Source of the DNA: a virus
Taxonomy: Duplodnaviria > Caudoviricetes
Length of the DNA stretch: 44,620 nucleotides
Strand: one strand, 5' to 3'
Virus record (IMG/VR): IMGVR_UViG_3300048598_000594
Location: 1-44,620 of that record
Below are positions 26,055-35,223 of this stretch, piece by piece. Both the position numbers and the translations under genes were made by a program. Below the pieces are notes generated by a model, which was not told the origin of the DNA, searched no databases, and was given only the letters and a program-made list of their open reading frames with translations. Position 1 is the first letter of the stretch. The number at the start of each line of letters is the position of its first letter.

Positions 26055-26458
26055 GCCTCTGCAAGATTGATCTCGAATGGGCGGATGGCACTTACCCGTT
26101 TGCACTGCCGATGGTGCAGCTCGAGGAGCTTCAACGTCTCTGCGATGCTGGCCCGGTCGTAATCGCCGGCCGGCTGGAAGCGGGCACATGGTTGGTCGGA
26201 GACATTTATCACACGCTCCGCCTGGCTCTGATCGGCGGGGGGGTGGCGCCTGTCGCCGCCCTGCGCCTTTGCAAGCTCTATGTGCTGGATCGCCCGTGGG
26301 TCGAGAGCGTGATGCCCGCCATGGCTGTCCTGCAAGCCGTGCTTGTCGGGAAGCCGGATGAGCCGGTGGGAAAATCGCCGGCGGTCGGGGAGGAGAGCGC
26401 CCTGCCCGCCCGAACGGAAAGCTCGACTTCCGCGAGTTCTACGGGCTCGGCGTCGTGA
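26051..26458 (+). CDS. Tail assembly chaperone (gpG; GTA-gp10-like)
   Basis: WADGTYPF..LEELQ..CDAGP..LRLALIGGG; slippery GGGAAAA 26368-26374. Confidence 0.85.
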   Translation: MSLCKIDLEWADGTYPFALPMVQLEELQRLCDAGPVVIAGRLEAGTWLVGDIYHTLRLALIGGGVAPVAALRLCKLYVLDRPWVESVMPAMAVLQAVLVGKPDEPVGKSPAVGEESALPARTESSTSASSTGSAS

Positions 26459-26628
26459 TGGGTCTCTCGCCGCAGCAGGTCGGCGAGATGTCCCTCTGGC
26501 AGTTCATGGCCTGCGCCGATGGCTGGGTGCGCGCCAATTCGGCGGGAGCTGCCAAGCTCACGAACGATGACGACGATGAAGCCGGTGTGCGGGCGCTCTT
26601 CGAAACGGCGCCCGACGTCATGCTCTAG
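26374..26628 (+). CDS. Frameshift extension of tail chaperone (gpT part of gpGT)
   Basis: -1 frame open from slippery site: ..GKLDFREFYGLGVVMGLSPQQVGEMSLWQFMACADGW..DVML*. Confidence 0.8.
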   Translation: MAGGRGGERPARPNGKLDFREFYGLGVVMGLSPQQVGEMSLWQFMACADGWVRANSAGAAKLTNDDDDEAGVRALFETAPDVML

Positions 26629-26636
26629 TCATGAGC

Positions 26637-26924
26637 TTATCGGTTCCCGCGGCTCTTCCACGAGACCACGGGATCGGCTTTCGGGGCCGGGTCAACGGGG
26701 CTGGTCTCTGTTGTCTGCTCCGATCCCGTCATCGGAAAGCGAGCCCTCAGAAAATCGAGGATGCTCGCCAGATAGTTGGCGACAACACCCAGCGCCAGCA
26801 CGACCGCGCCGAGCCCGATTCCTGTGGCGGCCAGGATTTCGTGAAATGCACTCTTGGCGACCAGGGCGACCAGGCCGCCAGTGACCATCATCAATATGCC
26901 GATCACTTTTAGAAAAGCCGTCAT
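26637..26924 (-). CDS. Small two-TM membrane protein (moron; candidate superinfection exclusion)
   Basis: Opposite strand within tail operon; purine-rich RBS; two hydrophobic helices. Confidence 0.75.
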   Translation of the reverse strand: MTAFLKVIGILMMVTGGLVALVAKSAFHEILAATGIGLGAVVLALGVVANYLASILDFLRARFPMTGSEQTTETSPVDPAPKADPVVSWKSRGNR

Positions 26925-26972
26925 CGGCCGCTCCCCCCGCCCATTCCTTCCGATTTAGCAGGCTAGCGAACC

Positions 26973-28847
26973 GTGGCAAACGATCTCGTCATTAGCGTCG
27001 GCGCCTCGATCCGAGATCTTGAGCGCCAGATGAAGGCGGCTTCGCAGGTCGCGGCGAAGCGTGCTGAGGAAATCGAGAACGAGTTCAGGCGCCGGAACCC
27101 GTCGCTTGCCGGCGACTTTGGGCTCGGTGTCCTGAAAGGGGCGATCGCCGGGCTGGCCTTCGACAAGATCACTCGCGAGATGATGTCGGCGAACAAAGAG
27201 ATCGCCAGCTTCGGCGACAGCGCCAAGCGCGCCGGTATTGATCTCGCCAGATTTCAGGAGCTTCGGCTCGCCGCTCAGGGGCAGGGGATTGAGGGCAAGG
27301 CTTTCGATGCCGGCATACAGGGTCTGGCGAAATCTCTCAACGAGGCTCGGCGCGAGGAGACCGAGCTGACGAAGCTCCTCGACGCCAACGGCGTCAAGTA
27401 CAAGAACCGCAAAGGCGAGATCGTAAGCACGAACGAGGCCCTCGCCATCGCGGCCGATCTCATCAGCCGCGCCGCGACCGAGCAAGACAAGATCGCTCTT
27501 GCAGAGCGCTTCGGCCTGCCTGCCGACTTTGTCCCATTGCTGGAGGGTGGTGCGGCCGCGCTTCAGAAGCTTGCGCGAGATGCCGGCGAGGCGGGTACGA
27601 TCCTCGATTCCGATGTGATCGCCAAGGCAAAGCAGTTTGACGTCGCGTGGGAAACCGGGTGGGCGTCGTTCGCCTCCAATTCGAAAGCTGCGATCGTCGC
27701 GGCAGGCATCGGATTGTCGGGGCTCATTGCGAGTGCCGGCGACTACTTGAAGACAGTCAACGCAGCTAACATCGCTCAGTCGCAATCGGCAGAGAGGCGC
27801 GCGCGTCGCGATCAGGCGCTCGACATGTCACTCGGCAACGCTGGGGGGCGGGCGGCCCAGCGCGCCGAAGAAGAAACCGCAACCCGCAAGGCGGTGTCGA
27901 ACTTTCGTGCCGCTGAGATCGCCTATCGCAACGCCGTCAAGGAGGGGCAAACGCTCCCACCTTCCCGCCCGCCTGGGCTCGTTGTGGGTAAGCATGCCGT
28001 CATCCCTGCCAAGCAGTCCGGCGGCGGCTCCTCCGGCGGCAAGTCCGAGGACGAGCAGGCGCAGGACCGGCTCGACCGCTATATCGAGGGCCTGGTGCGC
28101 CAGCGCGCCGTGATGGAAGCGGAGATCGCGACCGTCGGCAGGTCGAATGCCGAGCGCAAGGCCGCGGTCGAGATCGCCAAGGCGCAGGTCGACCTCGAAA
28201 AGCTCAGCACCAGCGAGAAAGCGAGCTACATCGCCAGGCTGACCGAGGAGGTCGGCAAGAACGAGGAGGTCCGCGCCTCGAAGGAGCGGCTGGAGAAGGC
28301 CCAGAAGGGGCTGAACGACGCCCAGACCTACTTCGGCAATGCCGCGGTCGATGCGCTGGAAGACATGATCATCAATGGCGCCAAGGCCGAGGATGTGATG
28401 AAGCGCCTCACCGCCTCGCTGGCCAAGGCTGCGCTCCAGGCGGCGCTGATGGGCAACGGGCCGCTTGCCGGCCTGTTCGGCACCTCGGGCACGAACGGCG
28501 CGCCCGGCGGGCTGTTCGGCGGCATCGGCGCGCTGTTCGGCCGGGCGACGGGCGGGCCGGTCAACGCCGGCCAGCCCTACCGCGTCGGCGAGCGCGGCCC
28601 GGAGACCTTCGTGCCGACGACGCCGGGCAGGATCCTCCCGGCCGGGCGCGGCGGCGCCCCGCAGGTCAAGGTCAATGTCATCAACAATGCCGGCGCGCAG
28701 GTCTCCACCGGCCAGGGCGCGAATGGCGACATCAGCGTGCTGATCGACGCGGCCGAGGCGCGCATGGGGGACCGGCTGGCGCGCGGTCAGGGTGCGCTCA
28801 GCGCAGCGTCGCGCGCCGTCGGCAGCGGCCGGCAACTGAGGGGCTGA
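26973..28847 (+). CDS. Tape measure protein
   Basis: Ala-rich helical; C-terminal RATGGPV..YRVGERGPETFVP..VNVINN. Confidence 0.92.
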   Translation: MANDLVISVGASIRDLERQMKAASQVAAKRAEEIENEFRRRNPSLAGDFGLGVLKGAIAGLAFDKITREMMSANKEIASFGDSAKRAGIDLARFQELRLAAQGQGIEGKAFDAGIQGLAKSLNEARREETELTKLLDANGVKYKNRKGEIVSTNEALAIAADLISRAATEQDKIALAERFGLPADFVPLLEGGAAALQKLARDAGEAGTILDSDVIAKAKQFDVAWETGWASFASNSKAAIVAAGIGLSGLIASAGDYLKTVNAANIAQSQSAERRARRDQALDMSLGNAGGRAAQRAEEETATRKAVSNFRAAEIAYRNAVKEGQTLPPSRPPGLVVGKHAVIPAKQSGGGSSGGKSEDEQAQDRLDRYIEGLVRQRAVMEAEIATVGRSNAERKAAVEIAKAQVDLEKLSTSEKASYIARLTEEVGKNEEVRASKERLEKAQKGLNDAQTYFGNAAVDALEDMIINGAKAEDVMKRLTASLAKAALQAALMGNGPLAGLFGTSGTNGAPGGLFGGIGALFGRATGGPVNAGQPYRVGERGPETFVPTTPGRILPAGRGGAPQVKVNVINNAGAQVSTGQGANGDISVLIDAAEARMGDRLARGQGALSAASRAVGSGRQLRG

Positions 28848-28848
28848 G

Positions 28849-29226
28849 ATGGCTGTTCCAAGCTGGCCGGCCGGCGTGCCGAGCAAGCCTGTCCTGTCGG
28901 GCCTTTCGGTCGGCCAGACATATCGTCCGCCGCTGGTCAGCGAGACGGATGGCGGCCCGGCGATCATGCGCCGCCGGCCCGGCCCTCGCGCGACCGAGAT
29001 ACCGTTCCAGAGCGTGCTCCTGTCGCGTGCGCAGTGGTCGACGCTGGAAACCTTCCTGCGCGAGACCCTGATCGACGGCACGCTGGTCTTCACCATGCCG
29101 GTCTTTCGGCCTGATGGCTGCATGGTGACGCGGCACGTCCAGATCAAGGATGGGCTTTGGCAAACCGATATGTCGGCCGTCAGCCGGTTCCGCGTCTCCT
29201 TGACCCTGATCGTCTACAACTGGTGA
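28849..29226 (+). CDS. Distal tail protein
   Basis: WP..SETDGGP..RRR..LIDGTLVFTMP; follows TMP. Confidence 0.75.
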   Translation: MAVPSWPAGVPSKPVLSGLSVGQTYRPPLVSETDGGPAIMRRRPGPRATEIPFQSVLLSRAQWSTLETFLRETLIDGTLVFTMPVFRPDGCMVTRHVQIKDGLWQTDMSAVSRFRVSLTLIVYNW

Positions 29227-29230
29227 GCCG

Positions 29231-29746
29231 GTGAGCATTTCTGCTGCACTCGAAGAAGCCTATGCCAGCGTCGACCAGGACGGTGATGTCTGGGAGACGA
29301 TCGAGATCGACCATGTCGCGCTGACGGGACCGCAGCGCTTCGTGCAGGGCACGCCGGTCAAAGACCTGTTCGAGACGATGGGTTTCCCCGTCGAATTCGG
29401 TGGCCCGGACGTGCCGTTCACGGTTGCGCAGTTCGGTTTCGTCCGGCCGAGCCAGGAGGAAGGCGGCCCCGGGCGCGGCCGGATCCGGATCGGCAACGTT
29501 TCGCGCCACCTGCAGCCGGTGCTGCGCGCCGCGGTGCAGTCGGATCAGCCGATCCGCGTGATCTATCGGGTCTACCATTCGACCGACAAGGCGAATCCGG
29601 AGGTCTTTTCCGGGCTCAATCTCGGCAATGTCTCGCTGACCGCGCTCTCGGCGAATGGGGACCTTTACTATCGCGAGATCGAGCTCAAGGCCTTCCCAGG
29701 CAAGACCTACGAGCTTGAGCTCTTTCCTGCGCTCTACGGGCAGTGA
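29231..29746 (+). CDS. Minor tail protein (DUF1833-like)
   Basis: ALEEAYAS..ETIEIDH..IGNVSR..VIYRVY..FPALY. Confidence 0.8.
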   Translation: MSISAALEEAYASVDQDGDVWETIEIDHVALTGPQRFVQGTPVKDLFETMGFPVEFGGPDVPFTVAQFGFVRPSQEEGGPGRGRIRIGNVSRHLQPVLRAAVQSDQPIRVIYRVYHSTDKANPEVFSGLNLGNVSLTALSANGDLYYREIELKAFPGKTYELELFPALYGQ

Positions 29747-29755
29747 GGCGAGCCA

Positions 29756-30196
29756 ATGGTGAGGTTCCTCGCAAGGCCCGTCCGCCCCGGTCAAGATGAG
29801 CTCGCCTTCGTCGACCGCATGATCGGCCGGCCCTACGAGCCCGCCGGCCTGCATTGCTGGGAGCTTACCCGGCAGTGCCAGCGCGAGGTCTTCGGGCGCG
29901 ATCTGCCGGCGGTGCTGGCGGCGCCTGAGAGCAAGCGCGATCTCGTTCGCCTGATGGGCCAGCGCCATGACTACAGCGGCTGGCGCGAGGTGGCGCAGCC
30001 GGAGAACGGCGCCATCGTCTTTATGACCCGTCGCGGCCATGGACCGGGCCGCGCCGCCTGCCATGCCGGCACCTGGCTCGACATCGAGGGCGGCGGCGTC
30101 CTGCACACGGACGCGCCGCACGGCGTCGTCTTCGAAAGCCTGATCGAACTCACCGCCCGCAACTGGGCCGAACCGAGCTTCTTCATACCGGCATGA
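29756..30196 (+). CDS. NlpC/P60-like tail protein
   Basis: IGRPY..LHCWEL..HAGTWL..VLH. Confidence 0.82.
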   Translation: MVRFLARPVRPGQDELAFVDRMIGRPYEPAGLHCWELTRQCQREVFGRDLPAVLAAPESKRDLVRLMGQRHDYSGWREVAQPENGAIVFMTRRGHGPGRAACHAGTWLDIEGGGVLHTDAPHGVVFESLIELTARNWAEPSFFIPA

Positions 30197-33100
30197 CCAC
30201 TGTCATCTTCCAGCGTTGCGACGGGAAGCCTGCTGGCGACCCGATCGACCTGCCGCGCGCGCGGAGGCCGCTTCTGTCTGCTCTGGCCAAGAAGCACGCC
30301 GACCGATCGCGCCCGCATATCGTCTGCGTCTATCGCAGGGGCGAGCCGTGGGCGCCGACCGATTTCAGCGTGCGCCTGCGCAAGACGTGGCGCCATACCC
30401 GCATCGGGCCGAGCGACACGGTCGCGATCATCTATGCCCCGCGCGGCGGCGGCGGTGGTGCAGCCGGCGGCAGTCGCGCCGGCAAGGCGGCCGGGATCGG
30501 CCTGATCGTCGCGACGATCGCCCTCGCAGCGATCGGCCAGTTCTGGGCGATCGGTGCGCTCAACGGTGCCATGGGCCTTGCCGCGACCAGCGCCGTCGGC
30601 GGCGCCATCTGGGCCGCCGGCTCGGCCGCCCTGCTTGCCGGGGCCGGCTATCTGCTCTCGCGCGCAACGCGGCCGAAGGCCAACAAGGACGACAACAGCC
30701 GGCCGCTTTATGGCGTCTCGGGCGGTGGCAACCTGGCGCGCCTCGGCGACCGCATCCCGGTGATCTACGGCCGCTGCTGGACCACGCCGGACCTTTCCCA
30801 GCCGGACTACACCACCTTCGAAGGCGACAACCAGACGCTCTACAAGCGGATGACGGTCGGGCTCGGCAGCTATGCGGTGAAGACGATCCGCGTCGGCAGC
30901 GCGGTGATGTGGACGGCAACCGGTGGCGTGCAAGCGCCCTTCATCGGCGCTTCGGTCGAGGTCATCGCGCCGGGGGCGATGTCCTGGCTTGTGCCCGCCC
31001 AGGTCGCGACCGCGCCGGCTGTCGCGAGCCTCGAGGTGCCGCGGGTCACGGACACGCCGCAGAATGCCGGCCCGTTCAGCTTCCCGGCCGACACGCCGCC
31101 GCAGAGCCGGGTTCAACTCGACTGGTCGTTGCCGCAGGGAATCTATGCGGTCGGAACGGGCAACTTTGCAGGCAAGCAGTATCCGACCGATTGGGGCGTG
31201 CATTTCGAATACGCGCCTTGCGACGAGGACGGCACTGTCACCGGCGACTGGGCGACGCTTTACGTCGAGAACGGCCGGACAATGACGACCAAGCCGCGGC
31301 GGGTGACGACGCTGGTCGACATCCCCGCCGGCGCCGGCCGCTATGCCTACCGGGCGCGCAATCTCGGCGCGCCGCCGGTGGTGAACGGCTCAGACATCGT
31401 CAACACGGTGTTCTGGGAGGGGCTGCGCTCGCATATCCCGGAGACGATCGTTCGCGACCACGTCACCGAGATCGCGATCAGGGTCAGCTCCGGCCCGGGC
31501 CTCGGCGTCACCGCCTTCGCGAATGTCGAGGTCGAGGTCCAGCGCCTGCTTCCGGTCTGGAACGGGGTGACCTGGACGCTTGAGGAAACCCGCAAGGCGG
31601 TGTGGGCGGCGGTCGATGCCCTCGCCAATACCAGCTACGGCGCCGGGCTCGACCACGCACAGATCGATCTGCCGCGCTTCCTCCACTACGCCTCCACCGT
31701 CATAGCTTATGACACCTATGACGGCGTGATCCGCGGGCCGGTTTCGGTCTATGAGGCGCTGTCGACCGTGCTCGGCGTGATGCGTGCTTCGCCGCTGCGC
31801 CTCGGCAATGTCTGGTCGATGGTGCGCGACGATCAGAAGCTCGTCCGCAAGCATGTCATCACGCGCCGGCAGATCCTGAAGGATTCCCACGGCCAGCAGT
31901 TCAACCTCGACCTGTCGGACGGCTCGGCAAACGTCATCGTCGAATGGTCGGCCGGGGGCGACCCGAAGCGCCAGCGCGACGAGCGGGTGAACTTCGGCGC
32001 CGTGACCAACGCGCCGCGGCGCATGCGGGCCGAGGGCGTGTCGACGACGGAGCACGCGATCCATATCGCAACCTGGGCGGCCTCGACGGCCTATCGCCGG
32101 CGCGAGCGGCGCACCTTCACGATGGAGCTCGCCGGCCGGCTGATCCTGCCGAACGACAAGTGCTCGATCGACGCCTGGTATTTCGACGGCAAGGAAGCGG
32201 TCGGCATCGTCGCGCACTCCGGCCTCAACCTGACGCTCGACCAGCCGCTGGCGCTCCCGGGCACCCCGACCTTCGGCGTGCTGCGCGCCCGCGACGGCCG
32301 GGAATGGGGGCCGGTCCAGCTGACGCAGGTCGACGACAGCACCGTTGCGATGAATGCCGACGATGTCGCGGCGGCGCAGTCGCAGACCGGGCTGACGATC
32401 GCGCAGGTGATCAACACAGCGACCCAGGCGATGACCTCGATGACGGTCGGCGCTCTCGATGTCGTCACCGATAGCTGGCTTGTCCGCTCGATCCGCTTCA
32501 GCGGCGAGAGCCAGGTCGAGATCGAGGCGATCATCGACGATCCCGGCGTCTGGACCGACCTCGGCGAGGCGATCATCGGCCCGCCACCGCCGCCCTCATC
32601 GGGCCTCGTCAACCAGGCTGCGATCGATATCGTCTACATCTCCGCGACCGCTGCCCAGCGCGGTACACAAATGTATATGGACTGGTCGGCCGGGCGCCCG
32701 CGGGTGCCGGTCAACTATGTCGTCCGGATTTCCTATGACGACTGGGAGACCTATGAGGACGCGTATCATGGGCCTCAGTCCTCGGGCTCCTATCCGGTTC
32801 AGGACACCAACGGCTTCATCAAGGTCAGAGCCTTCGCCTATTCGGCCGACGGCCAACGCAGCGCGATCCGCGAGACGCAATTCACCGCGCCGCAAGCGGT
32901 GATCTCGGGCCAGACGGCCAGGGTCCGGATCGACTACGAAGAGCTGATGGCGGGAATCCGCTATCGCACCTCGCTGATCCCTGAACTCTCAGACTTGTTC
33001 GACCTCGTCGCCGAAGGCCAGGTCGAGGCCTTCCAGGGCAAGCGTCTGGCGGAGACCGGTATCCGCCGGACCGAGCAGGTCAAGACGGAGCTGACGACCG

Positions 33101-34071
33101 CGCTGGCGGCGACGCGCACGCAGCTCTCGGCGACGATCGACGCCAACAAGGCGGACGTCGACACGAAGATCGTCGCGCTGGTCGACGAAGACGAGGCGCT
33201 TGCCGCCCGGCAGGACGATTTCGACGTCGAGTTCGGCCAGACCAAAGCCGCGCTGCAGCAGGAGATCGTGACGCGCGCGACCGAGACGCAAGCGATTGCC
33301 CAGCAGTTCATAGCGATGAACGCCTCGGTCAACGGGCGCTTCGCCTCGGTATCGAGCGGGATGCAGGCGCTGTCCAACCAGCAGGGTGCCTTCGCGCAGC
33401 AGATGGCGGAACTTAACGTCGCGTTCGGCGGGTTCTCTGCCGGCGGGAAGGTCCAGTTCGCTGCGGTCGCTGCGCCGGCGGGCGTATTCGCCCGCTATTC
33501 GGTGGTGCTCAACGCTTCCAACGGCAACAGCTACGAGAGCGGGCTCTACTACGAGCTGATCCAGAGCGGCGGCGGCTTCTACTCGCAGTTCTTTATCGAT
33601 GCGAGCCGGTTCTACATCGGCAACCCGCTGACCCGCACCGTTCCGTTCTCGGTGGTCGACGGCGTCACCTATATCGACAACGCGGTGATCCGCTCCGGCA
33701 CGCTCAGCCGCCACGCATCGGCCGAAGGCTCGACGACGGTTGCGGCCCCGATCCCGGTTCAGCCGGGTGGCCGGGTCACGGTCCTGGCGGTCTACACCGG
33801 CGGTCAGCAGCTCGCCAATGGTGGGGCGGCTTATCTGCACCTCTATCGCAGCGGCTCCTGGTTGAAGTCGCAGCTGGTAAGCCTCGCTCAGATCCCGGTC
33901 TCCGGCGGGTCGAACCTCTCGACCTATGGAACCACCATTGTCCAGGCCAGCTACGACACGGACCAGGCTGGCACAGAAACGATCTCCGCGGTGCTCGGTG
34001 CGGCAGCAAGCCCGACGTCAAGCCTGCAGCTCAGCGGCCTGACGATGCAAGTCTCCTCCTACATGAAGTGA
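30193..34071 (+). CDS. Tail tip / host-specificity protein (TipJ-like)
   Basis: NLARLGDRIPVIYGR..PDL; coiled coil; VPFSVVDGVTYIDNAVI. Confidence 0.9.
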   Translation: MTTVIFQRCDGKPAGDPIDLPRARRPLLSALAKKHADRSRPHIVCVYRRGEPWAPTDFSVRLRKTWRHTRIGPSDTVAIIYAPRGGGGGAAGGSRAGKAAGIGLIVATIALAAIGQFWAIGALNGAMGLAATSAVGGAIWAAGSAALLAGAGYLLSRATRPKANKDDNSRPLYGVSGGGNLARLGDRIPVIYGRCWTTPDLSQPDYTTFEGDNQTLYKRMTVGLGSYAVKTIRVGSAVMWTATGGVQAPFIGASVEVIAPGAMSWLVPAQVATAPAVASLEVPRVTDTPQNAGPFSFPADTPPQSRVQLDWSLPQGIYAVGTGNFAGKQYPTDWGVHFEYAPCDEDGTVTGDWATLYVENGRTMTTKPRRVTTLVDIPAGAGRYAYRARNLGAPPVVNGSDIVNTVFWEGLRSHIPETIVRDHVTEIAIRVSSGPGLGVTAFANVEVEVQRLLPVWNGVTWTLEETRKAVWAAVDALANTSYGAGLDHAQIDLPRFLHYASTVIAYDTYDGVIRGPVSVYEALSTVLGVMRASPLRLGNVWSMVRDDQKLVRKHVITRRQILKDSHGQQFNLDLSDGSANVIVEWSAGGDPKRQRDERVNFGAVTNAPRRMRAEGVSTTEHAIHIATWAASTAYRRRERRTFTMELAGRLILPNDKCSIDAWYFDGKEAVGIVAHSGLNLTLDQPLALPGTPTFGVLRARDGREWGPVQLTQVDDSTVAMNADDVAAAQSQTGLTIAQVINTATQAMTSMTVGALDVVTDSWLVRSIRFSGESQVEIEAIIDDPGVWTDLGEAIIGPPPPPSSGLVNQAAIDIVYISATAAQRGTQMYMDWSAGRPRVPVNYVVRISYDDWETYEDAYHGPQSSGSYPVQDTNGFIKVRAFAYSADGQRSAIRETQFTAPQAVISGQTARVRIDYEELMAGIRYRTSLIPELSDLFDLVAEGQVEAFQGKRLAETGIRRTEQVKTELTTALAATRTQLSATIDANKADVDTKIVALVDEDEALAARQDDFDVEFGQTKAALQQEIVTRATETQAIAQQFIAMNASVNGRFASVSSGMQALSNQQGAFAQQMAELNVAFGGFSAGGKVQFAAVAAPAGVFARYSVVLNASNGNSYESGLYYELIQSGGGFYSQFFIDASRFYIGNPLTRTVPFSVVDGVTYIDNAVIRSGTLSRHASAEGSTTVAAPIPVQPGGRVTVLAVYTGGQQLANGGAAYLHLYRSGSWLKSQLVSLAQIPVSGGSNLSTYGTTIVQASYDTDQAGTETISAVLGAAASPTSSLQLSGLTMQVSSYMK

Positions 34072-34075
34072 TCTC

Positions 34076-35017
34076 ATGACCGGCAATCCGATCTATCCCG
34101 AGTTCATCTTCTTCTCGGGCGGGCTGATCACCGTCACGAATGGCAGCGACGAGGTTACCGGCTCGATCAATGCCGTCGCGGGCACGGTGCCGGTCTGGAC
34201 CTCGTCCGCGTTCGTCGGCGACACGATCGCGATCGGTCCGACGCGCCATTACATCAAGCAGATCGTCGACGACGATACGATCATCCTGACCGAGCCATGG
34301 TCCGGGGCAAGCGCTGGGCCGGTGGCCTATACCGGTGTCCGCTCGCCCTGGCATCTCGATGGCCGGGCGATCGCCTACAAGATGGCGAAGTTCCTCGAGC
34401 AAGATGCCACCGCCTCGGCCACGGCGGTGATTGCGCGCGACGAGGCACTGGGTTTCCGCAACGAGGCGCAAGGCTTTCGCAACGAGAGCGAGGCCTGGTC
34501 GAACCGCCCGGCGGGGCAGGATGTCACCACGCCGGGAACGCGCTCGGCGCTTCATCATGCGCAGGCGTCGTCGACCAGCGCGACGGCGTCCGAAACGGCG
34601 CGCGCTGCGGGTGTTGTCGCGCGGACCGGGGCCGAGACCGCCGCCACGCTCGCGCAGGCCTGGGCGAGCCGAGCGGTCGATCAGGACGTCACAACGGCCG
34701 GCACGCGCTCGGCGCTTCATCATGCGACCAAGGCCGCCGCCAGTGAGACGGTCGTGGTGGCCAATGCGGCGACGGCGGTTGCTGCCAAGGATGGTGCCGA
34801 AAGTGCGCGCGGTCTGTCCGAGGAATGGGCGCGAAAACCCCATGGCCAGTCTGTCACCGGCACGGCCGACGGGCGCTCGTCGCTGCACTATGCGACCGAG
34901 GCCGCCAATTCGGCTGCCGCAGCCGCAGCCCTCGTCCATGCCGCCGTGAACTATATTGACTACGGCTTCATCACCGACCTGCCGACCGATGTCGCCGACT
35001 ACGGAACCCTGTCATGA
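34076..35017 (+). CDS. Tail fibre / adaptor with ~55-aa repeats and C-terminal DYG motifs
   Basis: ITVTNGS N-terminus; three W..QDVT..RSALHHA-type units; ends IDYGFITD..ADYGTLS. Confidence 0.78.
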   Translation: MTGNPIYPEFIFFSGGLITVTNGSDEVTGSINAVAGTVPVWTSSAFVGDTIAIGPTRHYIKQIVDDDTIILTEPWSGASAGPVAYTGVRSPWHLDGRAIAYKMAKFLEQDATASATAVIARDEALGFRNEAQGFRNESEAWSNRPAGQDVTTPGTRSALHHAQASSTSATASETARAAGVVARTGAETAATLAQAWASRAVDQDVTTAGTRSALHHATKAAASETVVVANAATAVAAKDGAESARGLSEEWARKPHGQSVTGTADGRSSLHYATEAANSAAAAAALVHAAVNYIDYGFITDLPTDVADYGTLS

Positions 35018-35220
35018 GCGATGTGATGACCGCGGTCGTCGTCGACGTCGACGGCGGGGCTGAATCTCTCGCAGCCGAGGTCATGCGGGCCGAAGCCGAC
35101 CCGTCGATTGTGCTGCTCGTCATCCATTCCGGCCGCGATCAGATCCGCATCACCGGCCTCGCCCCCGAGCATGCGCGGCTGGTCGCGCTCGCCGTCAACG
35201 CGCCCTTTTCCGAGGACTAG
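35014..35220 (+). CDS. Small hypothetical protein
   Basis: ATGA coupling; fills gap between fibre genes. Confidence 0.55.
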   Translation: MSDVMTAVVVDVDGGAESLAAEVMRAEADPSIVLLVIHSGRDQIRITGLAPEHARLVALAVNAPFSED

Positions 35221-35223
35221 ACC

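Noticed and set aside
24717-26458. Gene transfer agent cluster
   Set aside because: GTA-like tail families are present, but att sites, integrase, repressor, replication and lysis genes show a true prophage.
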